Assembly: GCF_001194135.2 (NCBI RefSeq)
Contig: NC_068983.1
Coordinates: 94,760,659 to 94,824,658 of the forward strand
Direction of reading: 5' to 3'
DNA: 64,000 nucleotides
Source: Octopus bimaculoides
Lineage: Eukaryota
The first letter of the stretch is position 1. Each line of letters opens with the position of its first letter. This document shows, in pieces, positions 24,111 to 36,658 of the stretch. Below the pieces are notes generated by a model, which saw only the letters and a program-made list of their open reading frames with translations, did no database searches and was not told the DNA's origin. The translations under genes and the position numbers were made by a program.

Positions 24111-24945
24111 GTTTAACGTCCGCTTTCCATGCTAGCATGGGTTGGACGATTTGACTGAGGACTGGTGAAACCGGATGGCAACACCAGGCTCCAGTCTGAT
24201 TTGGCAGAGTTTCTACAGCTGGATGCCCTTCCTAACGCCAACCACTCAGAGAGTGTAGTGGGTGCTTTTACGTGTCACCCGCACGAAAACGGCCACGCTC
24301 GAAATGGTGTCTTTTATGTGCCACCCGNNNNNNNNNNNNNNNNNNNNNNNNNNNNNNNNNNNNNNNNNNNNNNNNNNNNNNNNNNNNNNNNNNNNNNNNN
24401 NNNNNNNNNNNNNNNNNNNNNNNNNNNNNNNNNNNNNNNNNNNNNNNNNNNNNNNNNNNNNNNNNNNNNNNNNNNNNNNNNNNNNNNNNNNNNNNNNNNN
24501 NNNNNNNNNNNNNNNNNNNNNNNNNNNNNNNNNNNNNNNNNNNNNNNNNNNNNNNNNNNNNNNNNNNNNNNNNNNNNNNNNNNNNNNNNNNNNNNNNNNN
24601 NNNNNNNNNNNNNNNNNNNNNNNNNNNNNNNNCAGGTCTTCCTGGGCCTACCTCTTCCACGGGTTCCCTCAACTGTTAGGGTGTGGCACTTTTTCACGCA
24701 GCTATCCTCCTCCATTCTCACCACATGTCCATACCAGCGCAATCGTCTCTCTTGCACGCCACAACTGATGCTTCTAATGTTCAGCTTTTCTCTCAAGATA
24801 CTTACACTCTGACGGGTATTCACATTGACATTACACATCCAACGGAGCATACTGGCTTCATTCCTTGCGAGCTTACGTATGTCCTCAGCAGTTACAGCCC
24901 ATGTTTCACTGCCATGTAGCATGGTTGTTCGTACGCATGCGTCAT
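24073..24945 (-). mobile_element. RTE-clade LINE 3' end with (GAT)n tail, gap inside
   Basis: MLHGSETWAVT..RNEASMLRWMC..RRLRWYGHVVRM..GRGRPRKT; the 3' tail is shared with short copies at 22660-22790 and 39130-39290. Confidence 0.88.
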
Positions 24946-25869
24946 ACAGTCCAAACCCACTCATAAGGCTTTGATAGACCTGAGGCTATAGAAGATACAA
25001 TGATATTACACAGTAGTCTCAGATTTCTGGAAATCAAATAAGAGCTCTTGTACAGTGTGTGTGTATATATATATATATATAAAACTTACTGTTAATAAAA
25101 GCTGTGGTGTGTTGCATTCCATTAAATGAAGAAATGTATTGTAAATAATGACAGGGTAAAAAACGTACAGCATATACTGAGTGTACAACCAGACAAGAGA
25201 CAGATACAGAAGGTCCCTAATTTTTCATCAGTTATCAACCAGATGGTATTACTCAGTTTTGCACCTTCAATGATAAGACAGAACTTCCTATGCTGGTGGT
25301 GCCCACGAAAGTTGTGGAGAATATATGCCCAAGAGCAAACAAAACAATACAGAGTGGACATACAAAAGTGGATAAATGTAATTTAAGACAATGGACAAAA
25401 ATAAAACAAACAAGAAACCAGTAAAATATAGCCTTAGGGCCAAAAAGACAAGAATCGTGATTAATAAGACATCCTAAAGGATTAGAAAACAACAAATAGC
25501 AAGACAGTAGGACACAGAGAATTCAGGACTGGTCAACTATGCAACTGGTGTAAAAAAAGAGAGAAAGAAGGGCTGGCTATGAGTCACATGTCAGCAGCAG
25601 ACTAAGGAAAAAGAGGGCAAGAGAAAGCAACAAAGAAAACAAGGGAAGGGAGGAAAAGGAGAAAGGCTAGAAATAGAAGTGAGAGAGAGAAAAAAAGAGA
25701 AATAGGAAAGACTAGACAGAAGTATTCCAGGTTGGCTTGGGTTTGACAAGGGTCCAGTGAGTCAAGGACTGCATCATATTCTAGTGTCTGCTTTACCATG
25801 GTTTCTGCAGGTGGATGCCCTTCCTAATGCCAACTACTTAACAATGATATATCCATATATATATATGGG

Positions 25870-28307
25870 GAGAATTCACAAAAAAACAAATGAAGACAGG
25901 TGCTGTAGACAACAAACAGATGTATTAGTTTAACGCTCGGGAAGTGCAAAAGTTTTTAACATTTCGAGCTTACGCTCTTCCACAGGAAGAAACAAGGAGA
26001 GAAAATAAAGAATGTGTAGTGGCTAGTGATCTATCAGGGCGAATGCCGGACAGAGTGGTCACACAGGAGAGCTAGGAAGAAGGGGGGATAATAAAGTAGT
26101 GGTGATCCCAAAACGAAGGTGCACGTGCGTGAGTATAAGAGAGTATGTATGTGTGTGGAAGAGGGCTGGTGACCTTGACGTGTGTGGATGTGGGGCTGGG
26201 AAGTGGTCAGTGTTAGTGTGCGCATGGTGGTGTGTGATGGTGTTGGGAGGTGGGGTAGGGTTCTGTAGAGGTGAGGTGGGGTTATGAGGGAGGGTGATGA
26301 AGAAGGTGGGTAGGAGTGAAGAGAATGTCTCGGAGGTGTTCCACGAACCAGTCAGCCAAGCGGCGTCCCATTTGCCTGATGTATAGAGAAAGGCAGAGAG
26401 AGCAGGAAATGCAGTAGATGACATTGGTAGAAGTACAGGTGAAGGAGTTGGTGATGTGATAGGGTCGGTGAGGAGGGTGGTGTTAGAGAGGTAAAGGCAA
26501 GTGCAGCAGCGTGGGAGGGAGTAGGGTAATGAGCCTGATTGGGAGGTTGTGTTAGGGAAGAAGCTGTGGACCAAGAGGGCTCGTTTGAAGGAGAGGGGTC
26601 GCACTGGAGTTGCCGGAAGGCTCAGCAATTGGTGCGTTGGAGAGGTAGGTGAGGGGAAACGGGAGACAGGAGATGGCGGGGGGAGAGAGCAGATGCATGG
26701 TCCATGGAATGTGCTCTGGTAAAGGCGGCGTGGATAGTGGTGAGGGGATATCCATGTGGGATGAAGTGGCGAACCATGAGTTGAGACTGAGTCTCAAAGT
26801 TATGGTCGTCACTACAGAGCCTGCGTAGACGGAGGAATAGGAGATGGAAAGCTTGGTGTGTTTAGGGTGGGAGGAGGAGTAGTTGAGGTATGAGTGTGAG
26901 TCTGTGTGTTTGAAGTGAATGGAGGTGGTGAGAGTGGAGTGATGAATGCTGACCGAAATGTCAAGAAAGAAGACAGATAGTGTAGGAGAAGTGGAGGGCA
27001 GGATGAAAAGATTTGACAAAAGAGAGGAAGGAGTCTAGATGTTCGCGGGAGAGTGAGGTCGCACCAATACAATAGTCAATATAACGGCCGTATAGTTCGT
27101 GAGTGGGATCAGTGAAACTTGAGAATATTTGGGCCTGAATGTAGCCAACAAACAGTTTCGCATAGTTGGGCCCCATTCTCATTCCCGTGGCCACTCTCGA
27201 GATCTGCTGGTAAAAATCACCAGCGAACGAGAAGCAGTTGAGTGAGAGGACAAGTTCGGCCAGATGAACGAGTATGGAAGTGTTGGGTTGGGGGTTGAGT
27301 TGAAGATCAAGGAGATGGAGTACACGCAGCCTCTTGTGGTGAGGGATCACTGTGTAAAGGCTCTGGATGTCGAGGGTGAAGAGAAGTTTAGAGGGACTAG
27401 GAGGGAATGAGAAAGAGTTAAACAAATGAAGTGCGTGGTTGTTGACATGGATGTGAAAGGGGTGGGAAGCCACTAGGGGGCGCAAGGACACGGTCAAGAT
27501 ATCTGGAGATGACTTCAGTGGGGCAGTTGCAGGCGGAGACGATAGGGCGACCAGGGTTGTTAGGTTTGTGGATTTTGAGGAGGAAGTAAATAGTGGGAGT
27601 GCGAACAATGAGGTTGGAGGTGGTGGGGGAAAGACGGGAGGAGGAGATGAGGTCATGGATGGTGGAGGACACAGTTTGCTGGTAGGGCATGGGATCAGAG
27701 GGCAGTAGAAGGAGGTGTCTTGAAGTTGGCGGAGAGCTTCTGCTTTGTAGAGGTCTGTGCGCCACACCACCATGGCTCCACCCTTGTCGGCTGGTTTTAT
27801 GATGATGTCCGTGCAGCGTTGGAGACATTGAAGGGCCGAGAGTTCGGCTGGGGAGATGTTCGCCTGGAAAAGTTAAACTGGTCCACAGCACGCTGTCAGG
27901 CACCCGCAAAAAGACCGACTGCTTACAATTGACCAGAAGCTGATGTCCATAGGGATGGTTGGTGGCCCAGGTCGGTGAAGCAGTTCTCCTCATTAGATGC
28001 AGGTAGAGTGTCGCGGAAAAGCGCACACAACCTAACATGGTGCACAAAGCTGTGGATATCGGCATGAGTCCGAAATTCGTTGGTGGATAGAGTGAGGGGG
28101 ATGAAGTGCAGACCCCTACTGAGGAGGGAGCACTCCGCCTCAGAGAGGGGAAGATCTGGAGGAATGGTAACAACAGACTGAAGTGGAGAAGGGGTGGATG
28201 GGATAGAAGTAGGAGGGTGGTGGGGGTGGAAGGCTGGGAGGGAGATGATGGGGTATGTGTGTGAGGATGGGGGAGTGTATCAGGGAGGGGAAGGGGTAGT
28301 GGCATCG
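25870..28307 (-). mobile_element. Near full-length degenerate Penelope-like element (RT plus GIY-YIG)
   Basis: KPADKGGAMVVWRTDLY, KIHKPNNPGRPIVS, LDIQSLYTVIP, GMRMGPNYA, RYIDY, FLDISV, SYLNYSSSHP, a RCCTC linker and YIRQMGRRLAD..EHL; many frameshifts; 5' end lost in the gap. Confidence 0.92.
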
Positions 28308-30507
28308 NNNNNNNNNNNNNNNNNNNNNNNNNNNNNNNNNNNNNNNNNNNNNNNNNNNNNNNNNNNNNNNNNNNNNNNNNNNNNNNNNNNNNNNNNNNNN
28401 NNNNNNNNNNNNNNNNNNNNNNNNNNNNNNNNNNNNNNNNNNNNNNNNNNNNNNNNNNNNNNNNNNNNNNNNNNNNNNNNNNNNNNNNNNNNNNNNNNNN
28501 NNNNNNNNNNNNNNNNNNNNNNNNNNNNNNNNNNNNNNNNNNNNNNNNNNNNNNNNNNNNNNNNNNNNNNNNNNNNNNNNNNNNNNNNNNNNNNNNNNNN
28601 NNNNNNNNNNNNNNNNNNNNNNNNNNNNNNNNNNNNNNNNNNNNNNNNNNNNNNNNNNNNNNNNNNNNNNNNNNNNNNNNNNNNNNNNNNNNNNNNNNNN
28701 NNNNNNNNNNNNNNNNNNNNNNNNNNNNNNNNNNNNNNNNNNNNNNNNNNNNNNNNNNNNNNNNNNNNNNNNNNNNNNNNNNNNNNNNNNNNNNNNNNNN
28801 NNNNNNNNNNNNNNNNNNNNNNNNNNNNNNNNNNNNNNNNNNNNNNNNNNNNNNNNNNNNNNNNNNNNNNNNNNNNNNNNNNNNNNNNNNNNNNNNNNNN
28901 NNNNNNNNNNNNNNNNNNNNNNNNNNNNNNNNNNNNNNNNNNNNNNNNNNNNNNNNNNNNNNNNNNNNNNNNNNNNNNNNNNNNNNNNNNNNNNNNNNNN
29001 NNNNNNNNNNNNNNNNNNNNNNNNNNNNNNNNNNNNNNNNNNNNNNNNNNNNNNNNNNNNNNNNNNNNNNNNNNNNNNNNNNNNNNNNNNNNNNNNNNNN
29101 NNNNTATATATGTATGTATATATAAAACATTCCACTATGACATTGTAGTAAAATATAACAGATCTAAAAAGCAAGATAATATCATTTGAAACTCAAGTGT
29201 AAAAGAATTGCTGTGTTTACTCAGTCTTTCCAAGAAAGTCAACAAAACAGTAATTGGTATAATGAAATCTAATAAAAGAGTATATTTCTTAAAGGAGATG
29301 TGATTATATGCTGAAACATTTCTTAGGTTACATAATTGAAGGTGGAGGGGGATATTTCTACAGTTAATAGAAAGTCTGAAGCAGTGTTATTCTGTAGGTA
29401 TTTGCTAAATACCATTTGGTGAAATCCTCAAGAGATCTTTTCTCTGTCCATTACACATCACTAGAATTCTATTTTTGATACCTTTGCCTCATCTTTATTC
29501 TATCGTTAATAATAATTCTTACTAATTTTGGTACAAGGCCAGCAATTTTAAGTGATGTGGGGATAAGTTGATTACATTGACCACAGTGCTAAACTGATAC
29601 TTGTTTTATCAAACTCAAAGGGATGGAATACAAAGTCAATCTCAGTGGTATTTAAAGTAAAACTGCAAAGAGCCAGAAGAAATGCTGCTCAGCATTTTGT
29701 CTGACTCACTAATACTCCTGGCAGCTGGCCAGGCAAAATGCTTAGTAGCATTTCTTTTCTTTTTTTTTACGTTCTAAGTTCAAATTCCGCTGAAGATGAC
29801 TTTGCCTTTCACTCTTTTTGAGTTGGAAAATGAAGAACCAGTTGAGCACAATTTCAAGCCTTGTGTCTGTTATAGAAAGATTGTTTTGGGTGGAATCGCA
29901 GAATCATTCAATGCCGTACAAAATGCCTTGAAGTATTTGTTCCAACTGAGGTGGATTCCGCTGAGGTGGATTTTGCCTTTCTATCCTTCCGGACAGTATT
30001 GGGGTTTATGTAATCGATCAACACCTCCACTCCAAATTTCTGCCTATGTATGAAAATGTTGTTTTAGAAAGCGAGAGCGATATAACATCGGACTCAGTGC
30101 TTTATGTTATTTAGTTTTTTCCCTGAGTTCTATCACAAGGAAGGCCTTTGATTGTCTTGTTTCTATACCGATTAAATAAGTGGCAATAATACAGAGGGGT
30201 GATAAAATAAATATGACTCAATTGACTACGCCTCTTGTTAAAATTTAGTTTTCCGTACAGACAACAAAAATGACTAATTTCTTTTATAAAATTGTCAGCT
30301 GACTGTTTTGAAATTGTGGTGCGCTTAATCCGAGAATAGCGGATTAGTAATATAGATTGTTCGGTTTGAAGAACTCGAATGCTGTATTGTTGATATTTTA
30401 TTTTTTCACCTCCATCACAGAAGATGTCATGTGGCGTTTGGTGTGTGTGATCAGTTCTTTGGGAAGAAAAGCGAAACATTAAGAACACAGCAACGCCACT
30501 TGTCACC

Positions 30508-30526
30508 ATGAGTTTCTCTAACCATG
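30508..30526 (+). CDS. PLEKHM1: PLEKHM1 first coding exon (MSFSNH-)
   Basis: gtcaccATG context; donor G|GTAAGT at 30527; phase 1 matches the exon at 36002. Confidence 0.72.
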
Positions 30527-33335
30527 GTAAGTAGACTTCTTCTAAGGTATAAATGTAAAAGAGAACATGTATTCACGTCGTGTGAAAAAAAGGAAAGAAA
30601 ACAATTGTATTGTAATACTATTAAATAATTTCTTTATGTACAGTTGTCTGAACTGAAGCAACAATTTACAATTTAGTTATACATTAATACTAACACACAC
30701 ACACACACAGATAGATAGATAGATAGATAGACAGACATACACGCACTCAGTTATTGTATATGTGCGGAATTGATATTTTTGACATTGGTGTCTGTGACGC
30801 ATTATATAAATGGTATAATTAGTTGTGCTAGTCATGAATCACGACGAGTTACAAATTATTCAACAGACTTATCATCTCTGCCCCCTCCTAATGTTTATAT
30901 AGAACACAACAATATAGTACTGTTCTTACAAACTGTTCTCCCTGCAGTTCTTCAGCCTTTGTATTGAGTTATATCTATTTGTCTTTCTTACTGTTTGGAT
31001 ATTATCACATGTTTAAGAGATTCTTTATTACTTTTTTTTCCAATTTTATATACATATATTTTTAATGACAGATCGATCTTTTTTTCGGATTTTCGAACGT
31101 AGTTACCGTCAAATTTGTATTTAGAGTACTGTCATTCTGAAATGTGGTTGATTCGAATTGTCATAGACACTTCTGTGTAGTTTTGATTCCCTTATTCTAT
31201 CCTTTTGTCCATTTGTCGTTCTTTATATTTATCTATTGTTTTCTCTGTTCTTGACAACTCACAAATCGTTCATGGCAGCTTTTCATCACGAACAGAAGTT
31301 AACAGTAATATTTTAAACACTTCTTATATTGTTGTAACTATACACACTGCTAATAATTTTAGATACATACATACGTACGTACATACACTTACATAATCAC
31401 ACACACACACACAAACAAACAAACACACTCGTGTTTACGTTAGAGACTTACTTTTCACCTGGAACTAGTCCCTGCATATGACTGAGTATTGATACTTAGG
31501 CATATTAATAGATCCACTATTCTACCCACTGTATAGATCTTGAGACATTTATAGAGAATGTGGGTGCAAGAGCTGATGATAAATTCTATGTAATAGTTCC
31601 CTTTTAATTTCTACTTATGACCAGAAGTGTATACATCTACCACACTAAGTGATACAAGTCAATGTATTTAGGCCTCAAATTCATCTTACAAACGTTTGTA
31701 ATTACTGGTTTCGGTAGCACAGTCATTAAAACCGAGAAAAGTAATAATTTTCAATTATAACATAAATAAATTAAAAGAGGTTTGAGTGAAGAATGTTACC
31801 GTATTATACAGTTGTTTTTGCATTAAAGGTTTTGTATTACACCCGTAGTGTGAAAGGAAAATATTGCTGAGGTGAAAATAAGTGAAATCAACATAGATGT
31901 TGTGGAAAGAGATAAGACAATTTAGTGTTTCATTTAACTAAAGTGTGTCATGATGAAACTAGCTGATCAAGTAAAGTAGAAAGATTTTTGTTCTATTTGA
32001 ATTCTGTTTAAAGGAAGAGTAAGCTACCTTGACTATGTTTCTGTTGAGAAGAGAGCCTAGCTGTATATAGCCAATATGTGGCTAAGAGATACTGTCTCTT
32101 ATTGGCCCCATAAACTGGTGGAAAACAAACAGTGAACAGCCAAAACTTTTCTTGATTGTATGAGAGTTGCTACATTAGCCCTTCTCAATTGCTGGGAAAA
32201 CAATAATTGATAACAATCAGAACAAATAAAAAGATAAAAAGACAATGTTATTCATGCTAAATCAGCAAAAGAACCATCAGAAAATGTCCTGTATACGTAC
32301 ATGATGGAATTGAAATTTACATGACGTGTACATAAGTGATCTGTATAATGCATGCATGAGATCTGTATGCCTTCATGCAAGTGTGTTGTAGAAAGTGAGT
32401 GAGTATGAATATTCGTGATTTTGTCTATATACAAATATGAGTCTACATTCCCATCTGGTACATGTTTTGTAGTGGAAACTGAGCTGGTTAGTAAAGTGAC
32501 ACAGTTTAAGAGTTCTCTATTTTAAACTGTAGCTGCAGAAAGGGGTGACTCATTAATGATGTTTAGCTCACTACTGTTCTCTTCTAGAGCTGATCTGGCT
32601 TACCTGGCAATTGCAGCTTCTCAGTTTGTACTTCATAGCTGGTGAGCACTTTCTGGTTGAAACAAACCATTAACAGAAGCAAACAGTGTAACCATTGATA
32701 TTATGTTGCCTATTAGGCAAAATGGGATACCACATTTGGAAGTCAGAGTCAGATCATTAGACCAGTAAGTAGGCAGCTTTAACTTTATAGCTGATTGGCA
32801 ATCAGCATAATTCGAATCACAATGATGAGCACAATGAGTTAGAACAAATTTTGAAGATTTCATAACTATTATCAGAAAAATGGTTGCCAGGGTCACCAGA
32901 AAATATAGATTTGAAAGTCAGTGATGATAAATTATATGTAATAATTCTCCTTTATTTTCTACATACTACAAAAAGTATAAACCTTTAACTAGTGCAATAA
33001 GTCAATATGTTTAAACAACACATATTCACTTTGTAAATATAGATTTAAATTGCTTGTTTTATCCTCACAGAGAAGAAAATTAACAATTTTTAATTACAGT
33101 TCTCTTTTATTCTCTTTTACTTGTTTCAGTCATTTGACTGTGGCTATGCTGGAGCACCGCCTTTTTAATTGAGCAAATCGACTCCTTGGACTTATTCTTT
33201 GGAAGCCTAGGACTTATTCTTTGGAAGCCTAGTACTTATTCTATCGGTCTCTTTTGCTGAACTGCTAGGTGACGGGGACGCAAACACACCACCATCGGTT
33301 GTCAAGCGATGTTGGGGGGACAAACAGACACACAA

Positions 33336-33372
<37 letters not shown>

Positions 33373-36300
33373 TATATACGACGGGCTTCTTTCAGTTTCT
33401 GTCTACCAAATCCACTCACAAGGCTTTGGTCGGCCTGAGGCTATAGTAGAAGACACTTGCCCAAGGTGCCACGCAGTGGGAATGAACCTGGACCATGTGG
33501 TTGGTAAGCAAGCTACTTACCACACAGCCACTCCTTCTGCCTATTAATAAAAAAGAAACAAGGTTTGAGTAAAACATGTTGTGGAAGTAACATTATACAT
33601 ATGTTTTTGAATTAAAGTTCTTTTCTGTTATATGTGTAGTGTGGAAGAAAAATGTTGCAGGGATAAAAATAAAATAAATCAATGCAGGTGAGCTGAGGGA
33701 AAAACTTATCAAAGTTTGTTGTTTCATTTTGCTAAAATGAGTCCCATGTTGAGACACATTTTAAATAAACAAACAAGAATAAAAAGACTTTGCACTCTTC
33801 CAGAGTAAGCTGACAACTGTTCAGGCTGCATTCTGCCAAGGAAAGGTTTTCAGTTCCACTTTATTTAGCAAATGTCTGACTGAGAGTTACTACTCTCTGA
33901 TTGGTCAAAAAGAAAAAAACATTAGATAGCAAAGTTTCAAAATTGCATCTGTTTGCATGAGGTTTGCTTCACATTATTTTTAAGGTGTCAGAAAGTAGCT
34001 AGGTATGCTGGCAAATAAATGTGACTTGATATATCAGATCTACACATACTCAACCATCATTCTAAGGACTCTCATTAGGTTAAATTTAGTTTTTTTATAG
34101 CTTCACTTATTTCTTTTTACAAAGATTTGGACTTCAAATAATGGCAGTATTTGTACAGTTCTCAACCATGTTTTTAGTTTTTGATCATATCAGTATAAGC
34201 TGAAAGAACAATGATGATGATATTAACGATGTCAGTGACACCTGTATTTTAGTGAGTTTACTTCGTTCATCTCATTGTCCCTAGGAGCTGTCTTTGAGTC
34301 CAGTAACAATCCCCTTGCTTCTAAAATTTTGGGTAAGTCAAACTTTAATTAGCCTTCTTCAAACTCATGGTGATTCATATCATCACAAATTTCAAGGAAT
34401 TTTTAGTCCGGTAGATGTTGTTACTTCATTTAATATTTATTATTTGTTTTAGCTAGCTGCCTGGCTTCACTTTTACTGTTTGGCTGCAGATTGCAGCCAA
34501 TTTAAATATACAAGTTACTGATTAATTGAAGCTACTTTATTTGACTTAGCCACTACTGGACTGTACAGTCAGCTAAACATAACATAGTATGAACAGTGAA
34601 CCATAGGATGTATGAGCATTAATAGAGCAATGTAAATATTTGTGGAGAGCTGATAATTGCTGAGCTCACTAAATAATTTTAATATTATTATTAGCATTTA
34701 AAGACATGAACTTTGTCACAATGAGATGTTAGACCTGCCAGAAATGGCAACCCAAATGTCTCTCATATTATAACCTAACATCTTAAAAAATGAAGTTTAT
34801 ATTGGGCATTGTAGTTTTATATATATGTATATGAAAAAGATGGCTGATCCTGAACAAAATGTCTCCCATCATATAGGTCTGCTGGGTCAATGTAGCTCTC
34901 TGACTAAAACAACATCAAACCTAATATTTCTTTCAGATTTATTCTCCATGATTTTATTGCTTCCTACATAATTCTTTTTTTATGAACAGTCATTTGTTTG
35001 AAACCATTTATTTCTCCATTTTTGTATTCTTATCCAATCAAGCACTGAGGTACACTATGTGCCTTTTCTCTTAGTGATAACTGATTCTAATTTTGGCCAT
35101 TTTCCCCACTTTTTATCAAGTCAGATCTCCTCATTTAATTTGTTATAAATTCCTATCTTCATTGCGTCAATATTACATTTATAACATTTGATAATCTTGT
35201 TGTGATGTCTGTCATTGCAATGTGACTGTTATGATGTGTGCAATTACAATGTGAGTGTTGATAATAGTTCTGTAATGTGACAGTTGATAAAAGTGCTGTT
35301 TGTCATTGCAATATGCCCTTGCATATTATATTGGTTATCTTTTATGTTAGTTTAAAGATGAGGGGAATACCCATGAATTTGTTAATCTCCCCTTGTTTGT
35401 GAAATTGTGATGACAATAGGTCACTTCAGATTATGTAAACTGTTAAGATTAAAATTGGTGTCTTTGAAAGTTTCAAAAAGTTGAAGTTGTAAGATAGGTA
35501 GCATTAAGTATAGGGTCTTGCACATGAGACACAGTAATGATTACGAAAAAAAAAAAAGAAACAAACATTGATTAGATTTAAATGAGCAGTATAGAATTAG
35601 CAATTTAAGCATGTTGAGACTTTTGTTGCCTTAAGAGAAGATACAACTTAATAATGGCTCAGTGATTGAAGGTTGCTTGTTAGTGTGAGTTTTTTTTTTT
35701 TCAGGCAGTAGTTTTTCCTAGGACCAAGGAAATATAGCGAGAACATTATCCTAAGATGCAATTCATCGTAGGGCATAGTAATGTTATTTTCTACATCTAT
35801 TTCAGCCATACTTTGGTACACCTAATACTGCTTTCTTATAATATACATTATATGGCTTTATTTAATAAAATATTATGGCTTCAATCCAGTTAGCAGTACA
35901 ATAATTGAGTCAGAGGATGCCTTGCTTTTAATAATTTGCACCAATGCTTAAATAATGCCTGCATTGTACAGTTTCAAGTCCTTTCATTTCTATTTATTCA
36001 GATGAAGATAAAGAAAATGCCAGAAAAGTTAAAATTACCAAAGAGCTTTCTAAAACATTGAAAGCTTTACAAGCCTCACAAATGTTTGATGAACCAGTAC
36101 AAAGGTCAGTAAATAATTCAATTTTTTTCACAAAGCCTTCATTCGGTTTATGTTAACCCTTGGTCTACTAGAGAAAATGTATGTCACTAATTACCAGCTG
36201 GGTCCAATGGACCCAAATTTTTTCTTTTATTCAAACTACCACTATTTCTTAGCTACATTATATATGCTATCAGGTGAATGAAGAATTACTGTTTCTAACA

Positions 36301-36624
36301 ATTTTTTATTTAAAAAATACAGCTTACAGAATATATTATAAATTTTAAAAATTACAAAAATACAGAATTACAGCTCCTCATGACAGTGAATGCAGACAAT
36401 ACTGGAATATTCTTGGCTAACATGAATATTACACAGTTCTATATTTAAGAGATGAGGAATTATGTACATTATTTACATTTGGAAGATATTTGTCCTCATC
36501 TTGTTTGTTGTTAACACAACATTTCGGCTGATATACCCTCCAGCCTTCATGAGGTGTAGTAGCATAGTGGTTAAGAGTGTGGGCTACTAATCCCAAGATT
36601 CTGAGTTCGATTCCAGGCAGTGAT

Positions 36625-36658
<34 letters not shown>

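Noticed and set aside
2980-29189. Long track ORFs made mostly of X (2980-3566, 5683-6252, 24165-24812, 28140-29189; also 49297-49806)
   Set aside because: They are open only because they cross N gaps.
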